DNA of 64,000 nucleotides from a virus. The number at the start of each line of letters is the position of its first letter. Position 1 is the first letter of the stretch. Positions 1 to 10,300 of the stretch are shown here, piece after piece. The notes beneath the pieces were generated by a model, which was given only the letters and a program-made list of their open reading frames with translations, searched no databases and was not told the origin of the DNA. The position numbers and the translations under genes were made by a program. Location of the stretch: the IMG/VR virus record IMGVR_UViG_3300042558_005646; one strand, given 5' to 3'.

Positions 1-450
1 TACTTTGAGTTTATGAAAGATATAACAAGAAGTCATAGTCTTTCCAGCTCCAGTAGCAAGAGCAAGCATTCCACGTTGATTTTTAAGAGATAAGTCTCCT
101 GAAATCATTTGATAATCACGAAGATCTTTTCCCATAAAATCACAAGTTATATTGTAATCTCTAATGGGCTTTTCTCTTTTATCAGAAAATTTATATGTTA
201 CATTCAATTCATCAAAAAGACGAGCCACACGCATAGTAAGACCAGTAGGAAAAGATTGATTTCGCTTCACATAAAGAGAAATTCTTCCATCCCATTGACC
301 AGTTTTATACTTTGCAGACCATTCAGAATCAGGTACTTTATAGGAAAGTTCATTCCTTAAAGCTTCTTGATAAGGGAAGGGTAATTTTCCCATAGGATCG
401 TCGTGGTTTATGATGACACTTTTATCATTGTAAACTTCAACTTCTACCAT
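1..450 (-). CDS. uvsW: UvsW-like superfamily 2 DNA helicase, N-terminal 150 aa (runs off the left edge; absent from the ORF track)
   Basis: Hand translation from ATG at 450 gives MVEVEVYNDK...LSYKVPDSEWSAKYKTGQWDGRISLY...FPTGL...LRDYQ...GMLALATGAGKT, open to position 1. It shows the Q-motif LRDYQ, Walker A ATGAGKT and the WDGRI...PxGL N-terminal signature of T4 UvsW-type helicases. Confidence 0.85.
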   Translation of the reverse strand, partial: MVEVEVYNDKSVIINHDDPMGKLPFPYQEALRNELSYKVPDSEWSAKYKTGQWDGRISLYVKRNQSFPTGLTMRVARLFDELNVTYKFSDKREKPIRDYNITCDFMGKDLRDYQMISGDLSLKNQRGMLALATGAGKTMTSCYIFHKLKV

Positions 451-457
451 AATAACC

Positions 458-466
458 AGTATACCA
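458..466 (-). promoter_or_regulatory. Candidate extended -10 promoter (TGgTATACT) for a leaderless helicase transcript
   Basis: The minus strand reads TGG TATACT GGTTATT ATG: -10 hexamer 7 nt before the start codon, with no Shine-Dalgarno. Confidence 0.5.
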
Positions 467-472
467 TTAAAG

Positions 473-510
473 AAACAACCATTTTGTTGATGTCAACAAA
501 ATGGTTGTTT
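473..510. repeat. Perfect 18-bp inverted repeat with a 2-nt spacer
   Basis: AAACAACCATTTTGTTGA-TG-TCAACAAAATGGTTGTTT. The arms are exact reverse complements and lie in the gap between the 144-aa gene and the helicase. Confidence 0.95.
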
Positions 511-527
511 TGTGAAAGAAAGCAGTC

Positions 528-962
528 CTAACGATGATTCATTGCGTTGAATTTGTTAACTGCAATTTGAATTTGCTTTGGTTTCTTACCTACAAATGTT
601 TCCAATGTAGAAAGAACAAGCATATGTATCTTGTCAACATCTTCTTCAGATAATTCAATGCCTTTTTGAGCACATCCTAAACGAATGTATCTTACAAATT
701 GATCAACAGCATCATCCTGTGAGAATTCGCCATCTTGAATTTTCTTTAAGCCTTCAATCCAAATATCTAAAATTCCGTCTGCTTTTTCGCCCAATTTACT
801 GCGCAATACAAGCTTTACAACTTCAAGAGTTTGTAATGCAGCTGAACTTTCAGATTTAGATTTTGCCAAGAAAAAGAAAACTACACTGCCCAAAATAAAA
901 CAAACTACATAAATAATAATTTCATTCTGGGTTGATTTCAATAAATTAGTAAGAGATTCCAT
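528..962 (-). CDS. Single-pass membrane protein, possible LL-H-type holin (144 aa)
   Basis: N-terminal hydrophobic helix IIIYVVCFILGSVVFFFLA followed by KSK, then a helical soluble domain with KGIELSEEDVD. This layout resembles LL-H family holins; the resemblance was judged by eye. Confidence 0.4.
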   Translation of the reverse strand: MESLTNLLKSTQNEIIIYVVCFILGSVVFFFLAKSKSESSAALQTLEVVKLVLRSKLGEKADGILDIWIEGLKKIQDGEFSQDDAVDQFVRYIRLGCAQKGIELSEEDVDKIHMLVLSTLETFVGKKPKQIQIAVNKFNAMNHR

Positions 963-964
963 AG

Positions 965-1183
965 TTAGCAGTCCTTTGCGATTACGCTGTCATCATCATC
1001 AGATGCATTAGGATCAAGATCCATATTTGTAGTAGCAGGAATCACTAGTTCATCTTTAATTTGTGCAGTGACAGTTTCATCTTTCTTTTCATCAGCCCAA
1101 ACAAGATTAGTTGCATTTACTTCTTCGCCTTCAGCGCTTGTAAAATTTTCAATCTTACCTGTTGCTCTTTTTACCATACTCAT
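965..1183 (-). CDS. Small acidic hypothetical protein (72 aa)
   Basis: ATGA overlap with the dnaJ stop and a 2-nt gap to the next gene; acidic tail DDDDS. Confidence 0.7.
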   Translation of the reverse strand: MSMVKRATGKIENFTSAEGEEVNATNLVWADEKKDETVTAQIKDELVIPATTNMDLDPNASDDDDSVIAKDC

Positions 1184-2163
1184 AACATTTGCCTCCTTTT
1201 TCTAGAATCAACATATGATTTCAAAAATAAGGTTTCCTCTTCAGAAATATCTTTAGGAACCTTATACATTATTTTGAGATGTAAGTCAGAATATGTATCG
1301 TTTGAAGTTGGAATTCCCTTATTTTTGACAATATGTACATAACCATTTTTAAGACTAGTATTGAACTTAAAATTTAATTTGTTTCCGTTAACATGTGTAT
1401 ACTTGAACTCTGGATCAATCAATGCCATAACTGGATCAATTTCAAATTCATGAATTAAATTCAAGTTGGCATCAATCTCATATTTATCTCTCGGTTTGGT
1501 AATTACTTCTACGATAAGAGGACCTGGTGCTTGATGAATATCACCATGATTGCCTCTGCCATTAATCATTGTAGAACGATATACATGGCCTTTATTGATA
1601 GTTAGATCAAAGTTTTCATAAATCTTTACATGACCAGAACCATTGCAGTAATTACAGAAAGACTCAAACTTTTCACCACGCCCATAACAATCCTGACAAG
1701 GCCCAGCATAATTTCTTACATGCATGAACCCTAAATTTTGAATAATGTAATGTTCACCTGATCCCATACAGGTCATACAAACGTTTACATTTCCTCTACC
1801 ACCTGCCCCAGAACAAGCACCACATGGAGCTAATCTTTCATAATTCAGGTTTTTAACTACATTTCTATAGATTTCTTCTAATTCAAGTTCAATTGTTGCT
1901 GTAATTGGTGTGTTTAAATTACGTCTAAATGCATTTTGCGGCGTATTTCTGAAAGGATTAAATGGAGGTTCAAAATGCGGCTGTTGAGGTGGGGGATTTA
2001 ATATATCTTCATAAGCTTGAGATATTTCTTTGAATTTTTCTTCAGCGTTTGCTTCTTTATTGACATCAGGATGATATTGTTTTGCTAACTTACGATAAGC
2101 TTTTTTAACATCATCTAATGAGGAATTCTGAGGTAAACCTAGTACATCGTATGGGTTTGGCAT
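1180..2163 (-). CDS. dnaJ: Class A DnaJ/Hsp40 co-chaperone (327 aa)
   Basis: J-domain (NPYDVLGL...[16 protein letters not shown]), four CxxCxGxG motifs ([32 protein letters not shown]) and a C-terminal peptide-binding domain ending VPKDISEEE. Confidence 0.95.
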   Translation of the reverse strand: MPNPYDVLGLPQNSSLDDVKKAYRKLAKQYHPDVNKEANAEEKFKEISQAYEDILNPPPQQPHFEPPFNPFRNTPQNAFRRNLNTPITATIELELEEIYRNVVKNLNYERLAPCGACSGAGGRGNVNVCMTCMGSGEHYIIQNLGFMHVRNYAGPCQDCYGRGEKFESFCNYCNGSGHVKIYENFDLTINKGHVYRSTMINGRGNHGDIHQAPGPLIVEVITKPRDKYEIDANLNLIHEFEIDPVMALIDPEFKYTHVNGNKLNFKFNTSLKNGYVHIVKNKGIPTSNDTYSDLHLKIMYKVPKDISEEETLFLKSYVDSRKRRQML

Positions 2164-2169
2164 AAAATC

Positions 2170-2175
2170 ATTATA
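2170..2175 (-). promoter_or_regulatory. Candidate -10 element for leaderless dnaJ
   Basis: TATAAT GATTTT ATG. The hexamer overlaps the upstream TAA stop; no SD. Confidence 0.45.
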
Positions 2176-2845
2176 CTAATTTGGATAGCATATTAGTAAT
2201 TTTATTGGAAGGGCATACTGCATTTTCACCAACTCCAATATCAGCATGTTGTCCTGTTACACCCATTATTGTACCTATAACTAAATTATCAGTGCCAATG
2301 ACCATTCCGCCTGAAGAACCTTCTAAAATGTCTGCATCTACAAAAATGATATCATTCCAAGCTGGCATATTAGGATCATTGATAGTTTGGTGTACGTTCG
2401 AAACTCTACCAACTGTAGCTGTGTCGTGAAAGCCTTCTGGAGATCCGATAACAGCAACTATATCTCCTACCTCAACGGAATCGCTATTAACAAGCCTTAA
2501 TTCAGGAATGTTGTCAGGTACTCTTTCAATTCTGATTGCTCCTGAATCAATATTTGGATCAGATATCAAAAAAGTTGCTGGAATAAAATTTTTATTATCA
2601 AATGAAACTAATATTTCAGTTAATGTTTCATCGTTCGGAACTACATGTCCAGCAGTAATTACAATGTTATTACCAATATAAAAACCACTGCCTGACCAAT
2701 TTTTTTTACCAGATCTTACGTAGATAGAACAAGAAGATTGAAGGCCCAGTTGTATTGTTTTTTTAACTGGATCTTCAATCTTTTCTGTGCTCTGGCTAGT
2801 CTTTATCAAACCATCCAAATAATTTACGTCTAATTTAAAATTCAT
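2171..2845 (-). CDS. Trypsin-like serine protease (S1, HtrA-type catalytic domain, no PDZ, no signal peptide; 224 aa)
   Basis: Catalytic triad motifs VITAGHVV (His), DPNIDSGAI (Asp) and [11 protein letters not shown] (Ser); also AVIGSPEG...TATVGRVS, typical of HtrA-like domains. Confidence 0.9.
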   Translation of the reverse strand: MNFKLDVNYLDGLIKTSQSTEKIEDPVKKTIQLGLQSSCSIYVRSGKKNWSGSGFYIGNNIVITAGHVVPNDETLTEILVSFDNKNFIPATFLISDPNIDSGAIRIERVPDNIPELRLVNSDSVEVGDIVAVIGSPEGFHDTATVGRVSNVHQTINDPNMPAWNDIIFVDADILEGSSGGMVIGTDNLVIGTIMGVTGQHADIGVGENAVCPSNKITNMLSKLV

Positions 2846-3300
2846 TGTATTACTTTGTACAAAATGTCTTTTTCATCAATAGTTCCAAATCTTCTACTAT
2901 CATCAGATTCATTAAGATTGTCTCCAACTAAATAATAATGATCTTTTGGTACTTTCAATTCCATCATATAAACGTCATCTAAACTTTTGTATTCCAAGAT
3001 TGAATGATAAGAGTTATCAACTATAAGTTGAAAAACTCCATTTTTTTTCATCATGTAGTAATAGTATTCTTCTGGAGTATACAATATTCTTTTAACAATC
3101 AAACTTCTATCATCACTCAAAGCTACTACGATATCGCTTTTTTTAAAATCTTTAGTTCTTTTTGCCAACAATATTTGTCTATTTTTATATGTAGGCATCA
3201 TTGAACGACCAACAACTACTACTAATTTGTATGGCTGACAGTAAGCCAATAACAATAGAATACAACCAATTACCAAAGAAACTAATAATCTCTTTTTCAT
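2842..3300 (-). CDS. lepB: Signal peptidase I family peptidase (S26; 152 aa)
   Basis: N-terminal membrane anchor, box B GRSMMPT (catalytic Ser), box D IVKRI (catalytic Lys), box E GDNLNESDDSRRFG. SD GAGGTG 4 nt upstream; ATGA overlap with the next gene. Confidence 0.92.
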   Translation of the reverse strand: MKKRLLVSLVIGCILLLLAYCQPYKLVVVVGRSMMPTYKNRQILLAKRTKDFKKSDIVVALSDDRSLIVKRILYTPEEYYYYMMKKNGVFQLIVDNSYHSILEYKSLDDVYMMELKVPKDHYYLVGDNLNESDDSRRFGTIDEKDILYKVIQ

Positions 3301-3362
3301 GCTTCACCTCTTGTAATAAAAGGAGCTGAAGACATTTCTTTTTTTTAGCTTTTTGCTCGTAG

Positions 3363-4325
3363 TTAAGATTTTTTAACAGTAATAGTTGACCAATCAATAT
3401 TTGCAAGTTTAGGAACTCCAGGTCCCCAATTCTGTTCGTCTCCAGGTTGAACATGAACATTTTGCAAACTTGAAATATTTCTTAAAGCAACCATCATGTC
3501 TTCTTGACAGAATTGATTTCCAAATTCAGGAAGAAGATTTTGATTCTTTAAGCCTGCTTTTATCAATGCGCAAATACCAGCAACAAATGGAGATGCTTGA
3601 CTTGTGCCTGACATTTTACAATAGTTTCCATTCAAGTGAGTGGAATAAATATTAGTGCCAGGAGCAACAATATCTACTGTAAAATCTTTTGATGTGAAAG
3701 TGGCAAGATTTCCACTTTCATCTAAAGCAGCAACAGCAATTACTTCATCGTATCTAGCTGGATAATTAACTGCATGAGAATCATTTCCAGCTGCTGCAAC
3801 TACAACAATACCCTTTGACACCGCTTCTTTGATCAAATCATGAATAAATGATGGAGGCTCAGATGGAGCTCCCAAGGACATATTAATAATGTCTACGTTT
3901 AAGTCAATTGCTTTTCTCAAGCCTGCTGCTATAGTGTCATAGCTTCCACCGCCACTATTATCAAGAACTCTAATAGCATAACATTTTGCTTTGGGAGCCA
4001 CGCCAACTACGCCAAAATCATTATCAGAACCAGCAATAATTCCAGCTACGTGAACACCATGTCCACTGCCTTGATCATTAACACTTGCGTCAGCAGAGCA
4101 GTTTACAGCTTCTTCTAATTTCCAAGCCTCAACCAAGTCAGGATGTTCTGAGAAACCTGTATCTAGAATTGCTACTTTTATACCTTCACCCTGCTTTGAA
4201 ACTTGCCAAACATCTTGAATGTTTGCTAGAGACATACCCCAGTTTTGGGTTTGAGACAGTGCTGCAAACGGAACCGATACAACTTTTAAGTCTTCTTCAG
4301 GAATAAATTGAATTTTGTCTTGCAT
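3363..4325 (-). CDS. Subtilisin-family serine protease (S8, intracellular-subtilisin-like; about 320 aa)
   Basis: VAILDTG (Asp), GHGVHVAGII (His), AAAGND (oxyanion Asn), SGTSQASPFVAG (Ser). Start moved from GTG 4334 to ATG 4325 because GAGGTG lies 6 nt upstream of it. No signal peptide or long prodomain. Confidence 0.95.
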   Translation of the reverse strand: MQDKIQFIPEEDLKVVSVPFAALSQTQNWGMSLANIQDVWQVSKQGEGIKVAILDTGFSEHPDLVEAWKLEEAVNCSADASVNDQGSGHGVHVAGIIAGSDNDFGVVGVAPKAKCYAIRVLDNSGGGSYDTIAAGLRKAIDLNVDIINMSLGAPSEPPSFIHDLIKEAVSKGIVVVAAAGNDSHAVNYPARYDEVIAVAALDESGNLATFTSKDFTVDIVAPGTNIYSTHLNGNYCKMSGTSQASPFVAGICALIKAGLKNQNLLPEFGNQFCQEDMMVALRNISSLQNVHVQPGDEQNWGPGVPKLANIDWSTITVKKS

Positions 4326-4343
4326 TTTGTTCACCTCGATACA

Positions 4344-4349
4344 AGTATA
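4344..4349 (-). promoter_or_regulatory. Candidate -10 element for the protease/DnaJ cassette
   Basis: TATACT TGTATC GAGGTG AACAAA ATG in the short gap between the 2857-aa gene and the subtilisin gene. Confidence 0.4.
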
Positions 4350-4378
4350 TTATTCTTTATATAATTTTCCCAATTCCT

Positions 4379-7300
4379 TTACACAATGTAAAGAACTTGA
4401 CTTTCTATTGGTGTTCCGTAAGTTGTTCCATCATAAGGTTTGACTATGAAAGATATTGCCATATTTCTTAAAACGACAGCTGGATTAAGCAAACTACCTT
4501 CAGAAATTTTATTTGAAACACCATTTGTCCATTCAAACCATTCAATAGTAGAAAGATCAGAACTTCCATTGAAATTATAATATGCTTGCAATGAACTATT
4601 TGCTGATATTTTATTGTCAATAATGGTATTCAAGGATTTAATTTGAACGTCGTACACATAAGGAGCAGATAAAGATCTAATTACAATTGGTTCAGAAGTA
4701 TACATGATTCCATAATCAAAATTGTCATTTGGCTCTAATGTCACATAAACGATATCATTAATCTTAAAATAATCATTAGCTGCATTCAAATCTGATTTTC
4801 TTTGAACCAATCTATCTCTGTAGTTTGGTGAAGAGTCCAATTCTATGGTTGTCGTCCCTCCACCTGAAACTCTAGTTCTGTACCATCTTGTTTTTGGCTT
4901 GTATTGCTTGTTGTCAGATAAATAATTGTAATCAACGTAAATTCTTGATGAACTAGCAATTTGGGTAGAAGATCCGACAGAAGCAAATGAAACATCTGAT
5001 TTCAATGCCAAACTTTCAGCCTTTAAGGATGGAATGTTTGTATTTAAGTAATGAGAGTAAACATTTGAATTAGGCACTGAATTTTGTGTGAATTCAAAGT
5101 TGTAAGTACTTGATGCTGTTGAAGCATATGTCTCAACTTTAAGTCCTAATCTATAATCAGAACTTTGCAAGATAAATACAGTAATAATATCGCTAGAAGA
5201 TTTATTAGTGTCAAATATTATTTTTCCATCATAACGATCTAATTTATATCCGCCACGAACTATTTCATTGTTGATTAAAACTACAATTTTACTATCTTCA
5301 GGCCATCTTCCATTTATAGCAAAATAGTTCTTATAGTCGGTAGAAACAGTGCCTTCTCCAAAAGCCTCATATCTTGTTCCTATTCTGCTTATAGAAACTT
5401 GAACAAGATTACCAGACAATACTTCTTGTCTGAATGTTATTGTTCCATTTACATTGTCGATTGTGTAAAGATTTGAGGTAAGAAGTGAAGAGTTTAAATA
5501 GACTTCAACTGTATCTGTCAACGACCAAGTAAATCTTTCATTATTGTTATAGACAAAATATGTAAAATTGTTATTTACTGACTTGATGCAAGTAAGTTTT
5601 TCAAAAGAAGCTACATTTGTATATTTATAAGATCTTTGTCTAGAAGAAATTATCCCATTATTATTTTTAATAAGTTCTTCATAATCATTCCAGTTTGTAC
5701 TATTACCCTTACAAATACCCCAAGTCAATTTTGCTTTATCGGTGTCAGAATAATCAGTTGAAAGAATGTATTCAAAGATATCATCAGTTGAAGTAAGAGC
5801 AGTTGTAAAGAAATAGTTTACAGCTGGAGAAACTTCTATGTAATACAGTTGGCTGACATACGGAGAAACAGGAAGGCTTGTAACATTATTCCATCCTTCA
5901 GTCATATCAATTTGGAAATTTAAGTTTGTAATTTCTTTATTGAGAGTAGATGTTGAAGTAAGAGTAATCCAATCACTATAGTTCTTTTTATCAGAAGAAT
6001 ACTTGTATTTGACTGTGCAGGCACTATCTACACTCTGACCTGTAGAAACCGTGTACGCAGTAGTAATTGACTTAATAAATTTAGGAGTGTCAAATTCTAC
6101 TTCTTTCTTCCAATAGCCAGCAAATAATGAATTAACTCCGCCGTGCAATAAAGAAGTAGTTATTCCAGCCCAGTATGAAGAACTAGCATCAAAATAAAGA
6201 CCACTTGTATTTTGAACTAATTGTCTTAAGTTTCCAGAGTTTATCTTATCATCAACACCAAAAGCAACTAATTTCGTACCTTGATTTCCCCAGCTATAAT
6301 TTATATTGTTTTCTAAACTTAAAATAGATACTGCATTATCGTTGTCAGCATCAGAAACAACGAATGTCAATGGAATATATAAACTGGCTAATCTTTCCAT
6401 CATATACTTTGAAACCGTAGTATTTGCTGGAATTGTGTCTGCTAACCCATTCCAATCTTGTCTCAAATATACAACAACTGAATCTGTGCTACCAATTGAT
6501 GAAGTGAAAGATACTTTGCCTGTTGATGGTATTACAGTAAATCCTGAACCCAAAGTAGTTCCATTTTTGACAACTTCAGCATATGGATAGTCTGTTGTAT
6601 TCCAAGTGAAAGTATTAGTTCCATCAGTAGAAAATGTAAGAGTTGATCCTGTAGAGCTTCCTGTTTTTGGAACTAGATTTAACTGCTTGTTGCTTTCATT
6701 CTTATATCTTGTCTTGAGCAAATCAAGTCTTATCAAATTTTCATCTGACAAGTAATCCTTGTAAGTTGAAATCAAAGATGTGTCTGCAATACCTGAAATT
6801 GCTGCTGGTTGCTGTCCAATTAGAGCGTACTCAAGGCAGTCATACAAGTTGCTATTATCGCCATCATATTTCAATGATCCAATGATAGAAGTGATTGCGA
6901 TTCCAGAGTTTGTAAACCCGCTTCCTGTCTCGTGCTTTATGCTAGTGCCAAATGTCCAAAGATCTGCAAAAGAAAATTGAGCATAGTATTGTTGATTAGT
7001 TCTAGTAAAAATATTTGTAATCAGATTGTTGAAATCGTTTGAGAATCCTGATGACATCTTCATAGAAGCAGAATTATCAAAAACGTTTGATATTACAAAT
7101 TTAGGCTTTAGATATAAGTAGCCATCATCACTAGAAATAACACCTTTGCTTTTTCCACTATCCCAATTAACTTCAGTGTTATTGTAATTACCAATAGGAA
7201 CAATAGTTTCTATTGGAGCATAAGCATTGTCATAATGTGCTTGAAAGAAGAAGTCATAACTTGTACTAATTCCTGTCCAAGTTATAGCATTTGCACTAGT

Positions 7301-10300
7301 ATATCCATATCCAGAATAAGGATTACTTGTAGATGCTTTTTTCCACTTAAAGATTGGAATAGAACTTGCTGTTTCTTTAATAACAAGGGCTAAAGTTGTT
7401 GATCCTGTTCCTGGTATATCTAATGCACTAATAAGATTGAAACTTGTAAATCCACCAACATTTACACTTGAAGATGTGATAGGACTTGAAGCAGCTAATT
7501 GAGTTTGTGGCCTTATATTGGCGTCAACAGAGTAAACATAAGCAGTAAGAGTTGTATTTGCAAGACTGTCATTATATGAAGAATTTGCAATGTTGTCTTG
7601 TTCTCTAATTGACAGGAATGCAGATACTTTTGAAATTGTGCTTGCAGTTGAAGATGTAGTAAATGTCTGCGCTAAATATCCGACTGAAGAACTATCATTA
7701 TTTATAAATCTGATGTCATTTGAAGGCTTGGATGCAAATAGTACTGGACTATATCCTTCACTTGTATTTTCACCAGTTCTATACCAGCAATCACCATCAT
7801 CAAGTGTGTACCAAATTCCATTATTACTACAAGCAACTAAAACATTTTGAGTGATGCTGTCAAATGTAGAAGAAAAGACTTGAAGATCATAAACACAAGT
7901 TGGAAGTGTACCAATGTAGTCTGATCTTTCAAAAGAATTTCCCTCATCAAAAGATCTGTAAACTCCATCATTTGTTCCGATGTAAATTTTAGATTTGCCA
8001 GGAGTAGATCCAATAGCGGCTTCAGTGTCAATTGCATAAGAGAAACAATGTAGTCCTCTCAAATATCTGCTCTCAACAATGAAGTCAGAAGAATTTAAAT
8101 CATCTGGATAAGAATATTTCCAATTTCTTACTTTTAAAATACCATCATTAGTAAGAATAAATAATGGATTTGCATATTCTGATTTCTTTGTAAGTGAAGG
8201 AACGCTATATGCTTGAAAAGATTTATAGAATTTGTTTACGCCTTCAGGATTTCCAGCATTGAACATTTTTCTCGGAACAAGGAATGAAGAGAATGTTGAA
8301 TATTGTGTGCTATTTGTCATAACATAATATCCATCGTCTCCTGCTGCGTGTAAACTTTCAAATTCAGATACAGTTCCAGCACTATTCTTTGTATACGTAC
8401 CTTTGAAAAGTCCATTTACATTATTCGAAGTAAGTTTTAGGAAGTCAGATAGGAAAGTAGTAGAACCAAGCTTAATACTTAATCCATCACTAGTTGCAAA
8501 TGCTTCAAATAAAGAACCATTCCAGAAACCAGTGAGATATGCATTTTGTCTTGCTGATGAAGTTTGTTTTTGCCAAGTTGTGTCAAACTTCCAAAGCCCA
8601 TTAGAAGCGCCAACAATTATTTCAAGATTCGGATTATATGAAATATAACTGGTATCAAAAGCACTGTCTAATGTGCTTTCAAGCTCCCAATATCCAGTAT
8701 ATTTCCAAACACCCTTTTCAGTAATTATTCTTGTACCTGTGCCATCTTTTGTCAAACCAATAATTCCCTTGACTTGGATTGGATCACTTTCAAAATCATT
8801 TACTGTTGGAATTAATTCTGTTCTGTTTTTGAATGATGAATTTAAACTATCAAAACTAGCATTACTTGAGAAATTATTAATTAATAAAGTGTTCTTAAGT
8901 CCTCTTGTATCTGTTTGTGATATAAATGGCGCAGTAAAGTCAAATATAGTTGAATTTATTGATTTGATTTTTCTTGCTAACTCTTGAATATTGGAATTAT
9001 TTTCAGATGCCAAGTTGTATGTCTGATTTGAAATTGCAAGATAAAGATCATCTTCCAATCCAGAAACAATCTCATTTTTAATACCATATACTTCTGTACC
9101 AACATCAAATGTAGTAGTGCTTGTAAGTCTTGCTACAGATAATGAGATTTCTGAAGGAAAAGAAGTATTATCAATTGATTTTATTATGGCAATTTCATAA
9201 TTATTGCCATTCTTCAATTCTATCAGAGAATAATTTTCTATATCTTGATTGACATATATTTTAGTGTCTGTATTTGAGTTTGCTCTAGCTAGTAATGCAA
9301 TAGGTTTTTTTGTTTTATATAGTGGAACAAATGTTGAAGAATGAGGTTTTGTTCCAGCATCCGATATTGTTGGAAAATCATGAACTACAGACAATTTTAC
9401 ATTATCAATATCTTTTTTAAGTACTGATTGGGTAAATGTTATTTTGCCTTCAGACGCATTGGAATAAAATGGAATTGTACTTGGTTCATTGTTGATATAA
9501 GTAATTATTCTTGTGCTATCAGTTTGTGTATTATTCCAAGGATTTGTTGTGAAAGTATTGAAACTTCTTTCATAGAATAGCTGATTACCAGGCACATATG
9601 AAGTTCCAATTGATACCATTTGATAAGGATAATTTAAGGAAAAGCTAGTTATTTGATTATATTCTTTATCAAAAACTGCAAACTCTGTATCATTTTCGCT
9701 AAATGTATCATTGGCTCTTTTCCATCGATAATCAAGAGAAAGAGTGTTTGAAATATTTACATCTTGCCAAAGAAGTTCTGTGCTAATGAAAATGCCGTTG
9801 TTTGTTCCAGCATATAATTTTCCATAATTTGAAGTATCATCATAACTATAAAGAGCATTTACTGATCCTTGGAAGACAGGTTCCCAAAATAATTCAGTAT
9901 ATGCTGTTGTAGATCCAAAAGATGTTTCTTGTAGTCTTGCAATTCCATTTGAATGACCAACTAAATAATCAGTTGGAAATGTAGTTGAATTTCTTTGAAC
10001 TACGCAATTAATGATATTACTAGAACCAGCCCCAGTAGGAGTTGAATTTTGATATATCTTAAGTCTCTGAACTTCCCATACAACATCAGAAGTTCCAAAA
10101 TTAAACGCATCTTCAACTACAAGGTGCCAAGAGCTATCAGCATTAATTGTTCCGCTTAAGACGTAAACAGTTTTCCAATTGATGAATTCAGCGTTGACAT
10201 CTAATTCAGTTGATCTTGTCCAACTTCCAGCAGATGCAACATAAATTCCATTCTCTGATTTAGTTGTTTGGTTCTTAACTAAAACAATATTACCAGCACT

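Noticed and set aside
3297-3335. 12-codon mini-ORF MSSAPFITRGEA whose stop overlaps the S26 start
   Set aside because: It has no RBS and is too short to distinguish from chance. The S26 gene already has its own GAGGTG SD.
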